Assembly (NCBI GenBank): GCA_036559745.1
Contig: DATBSO010000043.1
Location: 1,833-65,832 of the forward strand
Length of the DNA: 64,000 nucleotides
Direction of reading: 5' to 3'
From: Gemmatimonadales bacterium
GTDB lineage: Bacteria > Gemmatimonadota > Gemmatimonadetes > Gemmatimonadales > GWC2-71-9
Position numbers and translations under genes: made by a program. Position 1 is the first letter of the stretch. Each line of letters starts with the position of its first letter. Positions 46,313-55,607 of this stretch are shown in pieces. The notes below the pieces were generated by a model. That model did no database searches. It was given only the letters and a program-made list of their open reading frames with translations, and was not told where the DNA came from.

Positions 46313-46827
46313 GGCTCTCGCGCTCCCATCAGTGCCAGCAGCCGAAGGCGTGTGATCTTGCGTTGCTCTTCGGCAGCTACTGCCAGCTCCCGCTCGGCGT
46401 TGTTTTCCAGTCGTGCCTGGATGTCCACCAGAAGCTCCTGCGCGTTCCGGCCCGCGGCACAGACGATATAGATCCGGCCGAAGCGGCGCTCGTACGTCTC
46501 GTTGGCTCGTACCATCGCCTCGCGCGCGGACGCGTCTGCGGCCGCGGCGGACTGTTCCCCCGCCGACCACTCTCGTGACGCCGCGCTCACCGCCGCCGCC
46601 GCTCTGCGCTCGCCGATCCGCGGATGGTGAGCAAACGCCTCATCCCAATCCGAGGGGCTCACCGTCCGCCACATCTCATCGGCGACCGTCAGCAGCTCCT
46701 CGAGGCTTCCGAACGGGCGTCGACCCACCATGGCGTCCACCCAGCGTGACGAGCCGCAACAGTCGCGAAGACGCTCCGCTGCCTCGGCTCGCGGGAGGGT
46801 GTTAAGCCGATCGAGCGTCAGCGTCAC
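46309..46827 (-). CDS. uraD: OHCU decarboxylase
   Basis: Motifs AFAHHPRIGE and RFGRIYIVCAAGR. The GTG start overlaps the allantoicase stop (GTGA), and the stop overlaps the uraH start (ATGA). Confidence 0.8.
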   Translation of the reverse strand: MTLTLDRLNTLPRAEAAERLRDCCGSSRWVDAMVGRRPFGSLEELLTVADEMWRTVSPSDWDEAFAHHPRIGERRAAAAVSAASREWSAGEQSAAAADASAREAMVRANETYERRFGRIYIVCAAGRNAQELLVDIQARLENNAERELAVAAEEQRKITRLRLLALMGAREP

Positions 46828-47813
46828 TCCGCGACGACTCCGAAGAGTCGGAGCCGCGCGATGCCGCCATCGGGATAGATGGCGAGCCGCGCATGCGTTG
46901 CCACCGGCGCCGAGACTTCGAACTGGTGCTGCGCATCGGGCTTGAGCTCGGTTCGAGGAAGCGGCGTGGTCCACGGAAGATCGTTGTTCGCGAGGCGGTC
47001 CAGCGTGAAGTCGGCTGCGTCGCAGGTCTCGAGCGAGCAACTTTCCGGCGCGTTCCCCTTGAAGTGGTCGGTGTCGACCTCGACCAGTCGGATCGCGCCA
47101 CGCGTGGCCAGCCGGACGACGATCCAGTCATGGCCGGGACCACGGCGGCGCTTCGTCTCCCAGCCGTCGCCCATGTGGGTCGAGCGGCCGGGCAGGATCA
47201 GGTTGTGTCGATTGCCGAAGAACATGTCGCTGCACGCGACGACGAGACCGCCGGTCTCGACCGCGGCGAGGTCCGCGGTCATGCCCGGACGCAGCCGGGG
47301 ATCCGGCGCCGGCTCGCCGTAGACGCGAAGCCGGGCGACCCCACCATCGGGATAGATGTTGAAGCGCAGGTGGGTGACCCGGCTCTCGACGTGAACGGCG
47401 AACGTGTTTTCCGCGTCCCCCCGGAGTGGCGTCCGCGCCAGGATCTCGCTCCACACAGCGCCGTTCCCGGCGGCCAGTGCTTGCGGATCCAGCGCGCTGT
47501 CCGCCGCGCACGACTCAAGGGAGCACTCCTCGGGATAGTTGCCCTTGAAGTAGCTCGTATCCACCGTGATGCCGTGCACCACCGCGGGAACACCCAGCCG
47601 GATGATGCACCAGTCGTAGCCCGGCGTTCGGCGCCGGCGCGTCTCCCAGCCATCCATCCACTTCCCGCGGTTGGTGTATTCCCCCTCGCGCCACACCGGC
47701 TTGTCGGCCTTGAGGAGGTTCTCCTTGGGCGCGAAGAAATCGTCGTTGGCGAGCAGCACGGTTCCGCCGAGCCGCGCGGCAGCGACGTCCACGAGATCGG
47801 TGAATGGGATCAT
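46824..47813 (-). CDS. alc: allantoicase
   Basis: Two allantoicase repeats, with GWETRRRR and GWETKRRR motifs. Confidence 0.9.
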   Translation of the reverse strand: MIPFTDLVDVAAARLGGTVLLANDDFFAPKENLLKADKPVWREGEYTNRGKWMDGWETRRRRTPGYDWCIIRLGVPAVVHGITVDTSYFKGNYPEECSLESCAADSALDPQALAAGNGAVWSEILARTPLRGDAENTFAVHVESRVTHLRFNIYPDGGVARLRVYGEPAPDPRLRPGMTADLAAVETGGLVVACSDMFFGNRHNLILPGRSTHMGDGWETKRRRGPGHDWIVVRLATRGAIRLVEVDTDHFKGNAPESCSLETCDAADFTLDRLANNDLPWTTPLPRTELKPDAQHQFEVSAPVATHARLAIYPDGGIARLRLFGVVAE

Positions 47814-49153
47814 GTGTCGAGACGGGTGAGCAACCGGCCGCGCACCGGGAGATCCGGCGACGTACGGTCATGGATCTTGTGACCCCGAAGGTACGTTGCC
47901 TCGACCACGCCCGCGAGTGTGCGTCCCACCCATGGGGTCATCGGATGCCGGTGTCGGATCATGGTAGGGTCCACGACGAATTCTTTCTCGGGATTCCAGA
48001 CGACAAGGTCAGCGTCGTATCCGGGAGCGATGGCTCCCTTCCGGCCGAGGAGCCCGGCGAGACGGGCGGGTCCCTCGCATAGCCACTTCGCGAGTCGTTC
48101 CGGCGGGTGTCCCCGTGCCCGCGCCGCTGTCCACACCGCCGGAAGTCCCAGTTGGAGCGACGCGATCCCGCCCCATGCCCGGACGAAGTCTCCCTCCTCT
48201 CGCAGCTTGAGCGCCGGTGGTGCGGGGGAATGGTCGCTCACCACCGCATCCAGTTCGCCCTGTGCCAGACCATCCCACAATCCTTGCTGGTGGAGAATTT
48301 CCCTGATCGGCGGAGCGCACTTGTACTCGGTGGCGCCGTCCGGAATCTCTTCGGCGGCGAACCCGAGATAGTGCGGGCAGGTCTCGCCCGTCACGCGCAC
48401 ACCTTCCGTGCGCGCGGCGGCGATCAGCGCGACCGTCTCCGCGGCCGACACGTGCACGATGTGTACCCGCAGTCTCGACGCGCGGGCGAGCTCGATCAGA
48501 AACCGCACGGCGCTGGTCTCGACGTCGACCGGGCGGGAAGCGAGCCACGCCGCGTGCGAGCGCGGGTCACCCGTCGGCGGGCCGGCTCGCGCGAGCGCGT
48601 CGGGCCATTCCGCGTGCACCATGAGGAGCGCATCGAGCTTGGCGAGCGCCGGCGCGACCTCGCGGAGATCCTCGGGGGGCATCGGTGGAAACTCGTCCAC
48701 ACCCGAGGGACACAGGAAGCATTTGAATCCGAACACGCCTGCCGAGTAGAGGGCGCCCAGCTCAGTGGCGTTGCCGGGGACGAGGCCGCCGAGGAATCCG
48801 ACATCCACCGCGCATTGCCCCCGCGCCGCTGACCGCTTGGCCTCGAGGGCAGCGACACTGGTTGTCGGGGGAATGCTGTTGAGCGGCATGTCGAGAATGG
48901 TGGTGACGCCGCCCGCTGCCGCCGCGCGCGTCGCCGTCGCGAACCCTTCCCACTCGGTCCGCCCGGGCTCGTTCACGTGCACGTGGGTATCCACCAGCCC
49001 CGGGAAGACGACCGACTCTCCGGCTTCAACGATCTCCACGCCGTGTGGCACGTCGTCGAACCCGGTGACCCGGGCAATCCGCTCGCCGGTGACATGGATC
49101 GCCGCCCGACCGAGACCCTGAGCTGTGAGGACACGGGATCCCCGCATCACCAT
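47810..49153 (-). CDS. allB: allantoinase (cyclic amidohydrolase)
   Basis: GLVDTHVHVNEPGRTEWEGFATATRAAAAGGVTTILDMPLNSIPP is allantoinase-type. Start MVMRGSRVL at 49153. Confidence 0.85.
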   Translation of the reverse strand: MVMRGSRVLTAQGLGRAAIHVTGERIARVTGFDDVPHGVEIVEAGESVVFPGLVDTHVHVNEPGRTEWEGFATATRAAAAGGVTTILDMPLNSIPPTTSVAALEAKRSAARGQCAVDVGFLGGLVPGNATELGALYSAGVFGFKCFLCPSGVDEFPPMPPEDLREVAPALAKLDALLMVHAEWPDALARAGPPTGDPRSHAAWLASRPVDVETSAVRFLIELARASRLRVHIVHVSAAETVALIAAARTEGVRVTGETCPHYLGFAAEEIPDGATEYKCAPPIREILHQQGLWDGLAQGELDAVVSDHSPAPPALKLREEGDFVRAWGGIASLQLGLPAVWTAARARGHPPERLAKWLCEGPARLAGLLGRKGAIAPGYDADLVVWNPEKEFVVDPTMIRHRHPMTPWVGRTLAGVVEATYLRGHKIHDRTSPDLPVRGRLLTRLDT

Positions 49154-49158
49154 CTCGG

Positions 49159-49989
49159 TCACGAGGCTGATTCCGTGTCCACCCAGAATCGCCGGAGGAG
49201 ATTGGACGCGACGTCGCGCCGGTACGCCGCGGTGGACCGGACGTCGTCGATCGGCTGAATGTCCTGGTCGAGGAGTCGAACCGCGTCTTCGATCGCCGCG
49301 CCTCCGGCAAGCGCCTCCTCGATGTGGGGGAGCCGGATGACGGTCGGCGCGACGCTGCCGAGGGCGATGCGCGGGCGGGGGCCGCGCACGGCCGCCATGA
49401 CGACCTTGGAGATGGCCTGCGCGGCCCGGGTGCCAACCTTGCGGAACCACTGGGCTCCGTCGAGCGGGGGAATCTCGAAGGCCACGATGAGCTCGTCCGG
49501 CCGGCGCACGCTCGCGCGATAGCCGGTGTAGAACTGGCCGAACGGGATCCGCCGCTCTTCCTTGGCGCTTCGGAGAACTACCACTGCCTCCGCCACCGCC
49601 AGCACCGGGAGGGCGTCGCCGGCCGGAGAAGCGTTGGCGACGTTGCCGCCCAGCGTGCCTCGATTCTGGATCTGCATGCCCCCCACTTCCCGCGCGGCGC
49701 TCACCAGCATCGGCAGTCGCCGTCGCACCAGCCGCGACCGGATCATCGCCGTGTACGTCGCGAGCGCTCCGATCCGGAGGGAGTCGTCTCGGAGGCTGAT
49801 GGCGCGGAGTGAATCGAGGGCCCAGAGGTTGAGAAACCGGGATGATCCGAGGGTCCCGAAATTCACCGCGACGTACAAATCGGTGGCGCCTGCGATGGGC
49901 GTGAGCGGTCCCTCGTCCCGCAGCATGCGGAGTGCTTCGCCAAGCGACCGGGGCTGCAGGAGATCGAGTGAGGAAGTTGCCGTCCTCAT
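49159..49989 (-). CDS. xanthine dehydrogenase-family FAD-binding subunit
   Basis: IAGATDLYV ... NRGTLGGNVANASPAGD is the CO dehydrogenase flavoprotein-type FAD domain. Confidence 0.85.
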   Translation of the reverse strand: MRTATSSLDLLQPRSLGEALRMLRDEGPLTPIAGATDLYVAVNFGTLGSSRFLNLWALDSLRAISLRDDSLRIGALATYTAMIRSRLVRRRLPMLVSAAREVGGMQIQNRGTLGGNVANASPAGDALPVLAVAEAVVVLRSAKEERRIPFGQFYTGYRASVRRPDELIVAFEIPPLDGAQWFRKVGTRAAQAISKVVMAAVRGPRPRIALGSVAPTVIRLPHIEEALAGGAAIEDAVRLLDQDIQPIDDVRSTAAYRRDVASNLLRRFWVDTESAS

Positions 49990-50411
49990 GATGCCGCGTG
50001 GATCGCCCGGTAGATCGCTTCGTAGCCGGTGCAGCGGCAGAGGTTGCCGGCAAGGCCCTGACGGATCTTCGCCAGGCTCGGCCGGCGACCCAGCGTCGTG
50101 GCCGTCAGGATCATGCCCGGGGTGCAGATGCCGCACTGCGCCCCGACCTCGTCCATGAAGGCGCGCTGGAGCGGATGCTCGGCGCCCAGCCCTTCGATGG
50201 TGGTGACCTCTGTTCCTTCCACCTGGGCCACGGGAATGAGGCAGGAGCAGACGGCTTCGCCATCCACGAGAACGGTGCAGGCGCCGCACTCGCCTTCGCC
50301 ACAGCCCTCCTTGGTGCCGGTGAGCCCGCAGTCTTCCCGCAACACGTCCAGCAGCCGGGCCATCGGAGAGACTTTCAGCTCCACGTCTTGCTCGTTCAGC
50401 CTGAAGCGCAT
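49986..50411 (-). CDS. xanthine dehydrogenase-family [2Fe-2S] subunit
   Basis: Cluster motifs CGEGECGACTV and CGICTPG...CRCTGY. Confidence 0.9.
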   Translation of the reverse strand: MRFRLNEQDVELKVSPMARLLDVLREDCGLTGTKEGCGEGECGACTVLVDGEAVCSCLIPVAQVEGTEVTTIEGLGAEHPLQRAFMDEVGAQCGICTPGMILTATTLGRRPSLAKIRQGLAGNLCRCTGYEAIYRAIHAAS

Positions 50412-52507
50412 GCCGCCTCTCGGATGGTTTCGGGGATGGCCGGGATCGCGCGCACGTCCAGGCCGAGATGGCGGATGGCGTTGATCACGGCGGGTGCCGG
50501 TCCGTCGATCGGCAGCTCGCCCAGACCCTTCGCGCCGAACGGTCCACCCGCGTACGGATGCTCGAGCATCACGACGTCGAGCTTGGGCGTATCCATCGTG
50601 GTCGGAATGATGTAGTTGGTGAGCTGGGCGTTGGCCATCACGCCGCCCTGCATCGCGACCCGCTCGAGGAGCGCATACCCCAGCCCTTGCGCGGTGCCGC
50701 CCTCGACTTGCCCACGGGCCAGCGCCGGATGGATGACCCTGCCGATCTCGTTGACGACAGTCACGCGCAGCGGCCGCACCTCCCAGGTATCGGGATCGAG
50801 CTCGACCTCGGCGACGTCGCAACCCCACGCGTATGCGGCGTACGCGTCCCCGCGATAGTTGACCTCATCCCACTCGATCCAGTCCGGTTGCTCGTACTGG
50901 CTGGTGACCGACAAGGGTCCGTGTCGCTGGTAGTACTCGATGGGCGTGAGGTCGCCCAGCTTCCGGCGGACCTCCTCCGCGGCGCGCTGAAGAATCCGTC
51001 CCACCACCATGCACGTGCGTGAAGCGACGGTCGGTCCGCTGTCCGGGACGATACTGGTGTCGGGAGTGGCCACCTCGATCTGCTCGTAGGGAACGCCGAG
51101 CGTGTCGGCGACGATCTGCGCGTGCATCGTCCGAGTCCCCTGGCCGATCTCCGTGCTCGACGTCAGCACCCGTGCTCCGGTCGGCGTGATCTCGACCGTG
51201 GCACGCGAGGCGAGCTTCAGCTCTCCGCTTCCGGTGAAGCCGGAGCCGTGCCAGTACATCGCCAGTCCGATGCCGCGTCCGGTCCCCGCGTACGCTTTCC
51301 GCTTCCGCCGGTAGCTCGACCGCCGCACGGCCGTGCGCAACACCTCGAGCGCGGCGCAGTCGTCGCCCAGCTTCTGGCCGGTGGCCGTCGTGTCTCCGGC
51401 GCGGAGCAGGTTGCGCTCGCGCAGCCGCACCGGATCGAGTCCGAGCGACTCCGCGATCCGCTCGAGATGGACTTCCACCGCGAATTGGGTCTGTGGCGCC
51501 CCGAAGCCTCGGAACGCGCCGTTGGGTGGCGTATTGGTGAACATCGCCCGCGCGGCGATGCGGACGTTGTCGCAGCGGTACGGCCCGCCGGCGTGAATGG
51601 ATCCGCGGGAAAGCACGACCGGCGACAGCGTGGTGTAGGCGCCCCCGTCGAGGATCACTTCGATATCCATCGCCACCAGGCGTCCGTCGCGGGTCAGCCC
51701 GGTGCGGTGGCGGACGATCGAGGGATGACGCTTCGTGGTGGCGAGCATGTCTTCTACCCGATCATAGACCAGCTTGACCGGCCGGCACGCCTTGAGTGCG
51801 AGCAACGCCGCGTGCGCCGCTATACCGGAGGGATACTCTTCCTTGCCTCCGAACCCGCCACCGGTCTCCGTCTGCACGACGCGCACGCTCGACACCGTGT
51901 CGCCGAGGACGACCGCAAGCGCCCGGTGGGCATAGAAGGGGCACTGAATGGAGCCGTAGACCGTGATCCCGCCATCCTCCGGGACGGCGATCACGCCTTG
52001 CGGCTCGATGTACACGTGCTCCTGGTGTCCGGTGCGGTAGGTGCCTTCGACGATATGATCGGCGGCCGAGAAACCCGCGGTGACATCGCCCTTCTCGATG
52101 AGAATGGTCTTGAAGGCGGTGGGCGACTGCTCCGGATCGAAGATCGGAGTGCCCGGCTGCTCGTCGAGCCCGACCGTGGCACCGAGCAGCGCTTCGCGAC
52201 TCTCGTGCGCCAGCAGCAGCACCGGCTCCGCGGCGTGGCGAATCTCCCGCTCGACCAGACACGGCTGATCGTCCGCGATCAAGGCGACGACGTTGCGGCC
52301 CGGAATGTCGCGGTGGTCTACTACCGTGAAACCGGCGGGGTCGAAGTCGAGGCGGACGCCGGCGACCTGGCCGCAGGCGACGGTGGTACGGATGGTCCGA
52401 CCATGGAGCATGCCCGGAAAGGTGAGATCGTCGGCATAGCGCGCCTGCCCTGTCGCCTTGCCGATGCCATCCTTCCGGGAGACGCTCCGACCCACGGCGT
52501 TGGTCAT
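50396..52507 (-). CDS. xanthine dehydrogenase-family molybdopterin-binding subunit
   Basis: Motifs GGGFGGKE, FRGFGAPQ and a C-terminal GLGELP. First gene of the operon. Confidence 0.9.
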   Translation of the reverse strand: MTNAVGRSVSRKDGIGKATGQARYADDLTFPGMLHGRTIRTTVACGQVAGVRLDFDPAGFTVVDHRDIPGRNVVALIADDQPCLVEREIRHAAEPVLLLAHESREALLGATVGLDEQPGTPIFDPEQSPTAFKTILIEKGDVTAGFSAADHIVEGTYRTGHQEHVYIEPQGVIAVPEDGGITVYGSIQCPFYAHRALAVVLGDTVSSVRVVQTETGGGFGGKEEYPSGIAAHAALLALKACRPVKLVYDRVEDMLATTKRHPSIVRHRTGLTRDGRLVAMDIEVILDGGAYTTLSPVVLSRGSIHAGGPYRCDNVRIAARAMFTNTPPNGAFRGFGAPQTQFAVEVHLERIAESLGLDPVRLRERNLLRAGDTTATGQKLGDDCAALEVLRTAVRRSSYRRKRKAYAGTGRGIGLAMYWHGSGFTGSGELKLASRATVEITPTGARVLTSSTEIGQGTRTMHAQIVADTLGVPYEQIEVATPDTSIVPDSGPTVASRTCMVVGRILQRAAEEVRRKLGDLTPIEYYQRHGPLSVTSQYEQPDWIEWDEVNYRGDAYAAYAWGCDVAEVELDPDTWEVRPLRVTVVNEIGRVIHPALARGQVEGGTAQGLGYALLERVAMQGGVMANAQLTNYIIPTTMDTPKLDVVMLEHPYAGGPFGAKGLGELPIDGPAPAVINAIRHLGLDVRAIPAIPETIREAACASG

Positions 52508-52709
52508 GCGGCGTCCTCGGTCGAGCGATAACGGCAGGGGATGCTGTCAGGAGCGGTCGTAAGCAATTTGAGACGCATGGAGCGGATCAACAAGACGAAG
52601 CATGCAGCGGTCAGGACGTCCCCTCCGGTGCCCTCTCCAGGGTCGTCGAGGCAATGGCGGAACTTCTCGACGGTCAGGGAGGTGCAGGCAGAGCGCTCTC
52701 CATGATTGC

Positions 52710-52822
52710 CGCTAACGACTCGCGCATCAGCCCCGACGGCTAGCATGCAGCGCGGTCGTGGACTTCAACACCGCGTTTGCGACAGGTCCGGCGCGCCCCC
52801 ACGGCGTCGGGATGAAGTAGGT
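52710..52822 (-). repeat. attC-like repeat Z (degenerate)
   Basis: The plus strand reads CGCTAAC-GACTC-GCGCATCAGC ... GTCGGGATGAAGTAGGT. The distal box lacks one T, as in repeat A. Confidence 0.5.
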
Positions 52823-52912
52823 AACGTGGGGCGAGTGAGCCGTGATCGAGCGCGGGGGTGGGGCGTTGGACGCGATTGGAGTGACAGCCACCGGCGATGT
52901 GCGCCTGCGTCC

Positions 52913-53057
52913 GCCTAGCGACCGGCGCATCAGCTGCAGGCGACTCGCTCACGCATGCATCAACTTTACGGTTCGCCGCCCGCCATCGGCAGGTGGCGAC
53001 GCTGGGAACTCATCACTGGGTTGCGCCTTCAATTGGCGTCAGACCATGCAGGTAGGC
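52913..53057 (-). repeat. attC-like repeat A (type 2, degenerate distal arm overlapping the cytochrome c 3' end)
   Basis: GCCTAGC-GACCG-GCGCATCAGCTGCAGGCGACTCGCTCACGCATGC ... CCATCGG ... GTCAGACCATGCAGGTAGGC. Confidence 0.6.
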
Positions 53058-53987
53058 ATACATTGCCTTGAGATCCTCGTCCCTTGCGAAGGTTGAAACT
53101 GCCTTCCACGGCATCCCCTCACCCAGCGTGTGGTTGTAGGGATCTACGCCCGTGCGCAGGGTGTGGATGAAGTCCTCAACACTCCACTTCGGGAGGATCA
53201 GGGTGAGGTTTGGCCCACCGGGGGGACCGGGCCCACCGCTCTTGCGGCCGGCGAGGTTCTCGCCGTGGCATAGCGGGCAACCCAGAATCGAGACTAGGTA
53301 CTTGCCGTAGTCGGCCGAGACGCCTTCAGCTGGCGCGACGATGGGTTGCGTGATGGACGGCTGCGCGCTGGTGGGGGCGAGGCCCGCCCCGATGAAGACC
53401 GCGCCGATGACGTTTAGTTTCGTCGTCGGCGTATTTGGCTCTACTGCTGGCTGCGCGCGCAAATAAGCGACGATGGCCTGGACGTCGACGTCGCTCAGAT
53501 TACGAAAGACCTCCGAGGGCATGATGATCAGGGGACGGCCGGTCTTATGCACACCCTCGCGGATGGCGCGGATGATTTCGCCATCCGACCAATCCTTGAT
53601 CTCGCCGGCAGGCGTAAGGTTGGAGGCATAAAGGGTGCCGACCGGTGGGCCGCCTTTCGAAAAGTTCTGTCCGACTAAGGGGGCTTTCCCGGTCGGCGAA
53701 TGACAGAGAGGACAATACGCACCAAATCTTGCGCCCCGCGCCACTTGGTCGGGGGTGCCGGCTACCTTTATGTCGGTGGCTGTCGGCCGGTGGGGTGGGA
53801 AGTTGAGCCTGTAAAAGCCGACCAGTGCGACGCCGATCATCAGGGAACAGGCCAAGGTCAACAAGCTCGAAAGGACAAGACCAACCCACTTCGCAACCCG
53901 GTTCCTCGCCCGCCTGGCGCGTATGGCGAGCCAAGTCCCCAACGTGGTGAGAGAGAACAGAGCGGTCACGCCGAGGGTGTCGAACAT
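53013..53987 (-). CDS. membrane-anchored di-haem cytochrome c (cassette ORF)
   Basis: Two N-terminal TM helices and two CxxCH motifs (CPLCH twice). A strong SD, GGGAGGA, precedes the ATG at 53987. Confidence 0.8.
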   Translation of the reverse strand: MFDTLGVTALFSLTTLGTWLAIRARRARNRVAKWVGLVLSSLLTLACSLMIGVALVGFYRLNFPPHRPTATDIKVAGTPDQVARGARFGAYCPLCHSPTGKAPLVGQNFSKGGPPVGTLYASNLTPAGEIKDWSDGEIIRAIREGVHKTGRPLIIMPSEVFRNLSDVDVQAIVAYLRAQPAVEPNTPTTKLNVIGAVFIGAGLAPTSAQPSITQPIVAPAEGVSADYGKYLVSILGCPLCHGENLAGRKSGGPGPPGGPNLTLILPKWSVEDFIHTLRTGVDPYNHTLGEGMPWKAVSTFARDEDLKAMYAYLHGLTPIEGATQ

Positions 53988-54104
53988 GATCCTCCCTCTA
54001 CCCTGGAATCGTGGGCATCCATGGCACTGGCTCGCGGGACGCAGGTCTTCTGCCGGCGGCCTCCGACCTGTGAAACAGCGCAGTTGCTCAAAGCGCTAAG
54101 TGCC

Positions 54105-54133
54105 GCCTAACGACCTGCGCGGCTGCGTTAGAA
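54105..54133 (-). repeat. mini attC remnant B (internal-deletion derivative)
   Basis: GCCTAAC-GACCT-GCGCGGCTGC-GTTAGAA. Both terminal boxes and parts of both arms are retained, but about 105 nt of the centre is missing. Confidence 0.5.
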
Positions 54134-54175
54134 CGGAGCAAGTCGGCGACGCCGAGGACCCGGCCTCTCAGCGGC

Positions 54176-54424
54176 CTATGCCTTCTTCTTCAGCATCCCG
54201 ACGATCAAGGGAACAAGGGCTCCCACCACTGCTGAGGCGCCAACTTCGGTAGCAGTGCCGCCGCCAAGTGCCCCGCCGGCCAGCTGTCCGCCTCCTAGGC
54301 CACCCAGAGCACCCAAAATTGTGTTGATCAGTGGGCCAAGGCTCTTGGCCTTATTGGCGAGCCCTGCGACGTTTCCGCCGACGGCACCTGAAATCAGCTG
54401 AATGAGCACGGTGGTCAGATCCAT
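54176..54424 (-). CDS. glycine-rich small membrane protein (hypothetical)
   Basis: MDLTTVLIQLISGAVGGNVAGL...GGLGGGQLAGGALGGG...LVPLIVGMLKKKA, with SD GGAGGAG upstream of the ATG at 54424. Confidence 0.55.
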   Translation of the reverse strand: MDLTTVLIQLISGAVGGNVAGLANKAKSLGPLINTILGALGGLGGGQLAGGALGGGTATEVGASAVVGALVPLIVGMLKKKA

Positions 54425-55089
54425 GGTCTCCTCCGGTCGCGGGGGGTATGAGAGAGGGACACAAGCGAAGACGTCCGCGGAAAGTGTGGGCGCAAGCGGC
54501 CGCCCGAGCGACAACCCAACGGCTTCCCGAAGCTCGCGCCCTCTGGTGGTGTGTCAGGCTGGTCCACGAGCACCATCCTTGCCATGTCGTTGTTGGTGAC
54601 ATCAGGGTTGGGCACAACGTACCAGCCGTCGGGGCCTTGGCGACTGGTCATCACTTCGAGCGTCTCGTGGTGCAGTCGCGCCACGCCGTAACGTGCTCGT
54701 AGTGTAAGGCGGTAGACGAAGTGCCATAGGCCCGCTGCCTCCTGGACCCCGCCAACTAATTCGCGCGATCGGCTCGGGGGCTCGTACTCCGCGCTGGCCG
54801 GGGGTTCCGAGTGCCGCGGCGCCAGCCAGCGCCGCAGCACCTCCTTCGGTGGCAGCGCATCAAGTTCCTCGGGCGAGCCCGCGCCGAACAGCGTGTCGAA
54901 GAGTTGCTGCGTCTCTGGCCGTTGAACGTCCTGATCCTTGACATAGCGTCGGAGGCGCTCGACCTCCTCCTCTCGAAAACGGGCCATGTCCAAGGGGTGG
55001 ACCAGAGCGACGAACCCGTCCCAGTCCTCTACTGCCAGCGAAGCGAATGCAGCGCGAACTGCGGCTTCTGGCGACGCGTAGCCAGCCAT
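54415..55089 (-). CDS. hypothetical protein
   Basis: ATG at 55089 is preceded by GGAG. The composition is coherent for the first ~180 aa, but the C-terminal tail looks low quality. Confidence 0.45.
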   Translation of the reverse strand: MAGYASPEAAVRAAFASLAVEDWDGFVALVHPLDMARFREEEVERLRRYVKDQDVQRPETQQLFDTLFGAGSPEELDALPPKEVLRRWLAPRHSEPPASAEYEPPSRSRELVGGVQEAAGLWHFVYRLTLRARYGVARLHHETLEVMTSRQGPDGWYVVPNPDVTNNDMARMVLVDQPDTPPEGASFGKPLGCRSGGRLRPHFPRTSSLVSLSHTPRDRRRPWI

Positions 55090-55129
55090 GGAGCACTCCG
55101 CAAGTGAAGAACCTGTTCGGTCCTTCTAG

Positions 55130-55484
55130 GGACTCCAGTCGAGCACCTTCTTCAACGAAGCCCACCAGTTTGGCAGTCTCCTCAACAACCACGTGACCGG
55201 GTAGTCCTGGTCAGCTGGGTTGAAAATACGACGTGATCGGTGCGCCAGGGAGGGATGTGGTCGAGGAGCTCGGCGGCGAGATCACCGTGGGGGTCGATGA
55301 CCCCGACTCCCTCGCCGGCCTCGAGGTCTTGGGTTATGAGATTGCGAAGGAGGGTACTCTTGCCGGTGCCGGTCTTGCCGACGAGGTACAGGTGGTGCCG
55401 GCGATCGCTACGGGAAAGGCCGAAGGGAGACTCTCCGCCCCAGCTATGTCGAAACCCCATGTAAATGTGGTGCTCTCTATCCAT
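55130..55484 (-). pseudogene. frameshifted, truncated N-terminal fragment of a TraD/VirD4-like (type IV secretion DNA-binding/coupling) P-loop ATPase
   Basis: HHLYLVGKTGTGKSTLLRNLITQDLEAGEGVGVIDPHGDLAAELLDHIPPWRTDHVV. A -1 shift near 55225 then restores the expected (Y)FNPADQDYPV continuation. The ORF ends about 100 aa in, versus more than 500 aa expected. Confidence 0.55.
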
Positions 55485-55607
55485 GTTCCCAACAAATCTC
55501 TACTGAACCCGAACCTTCCGGCTCGGTTCCTCTTGAGATTATACCGACCAACGGCGCTCACCTGGTTGGCGGTCAGCCCCCCATTGCATGCCGTCACGCC
55601 ATGGTGT

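Noticed and set aside
52508-52709. Possible attI site or integrase remnant left of the array, including a GCATGCAGCGGTCAGG match to the attC arm in inverse orientation at about 52598-52618
   Set aside because: Only a 14-of-18 match to one arm, with no recombinase-like ORF in any frame. This is more likely the promoter region of the xanthine dehydrogenase operon plus chance similarity.
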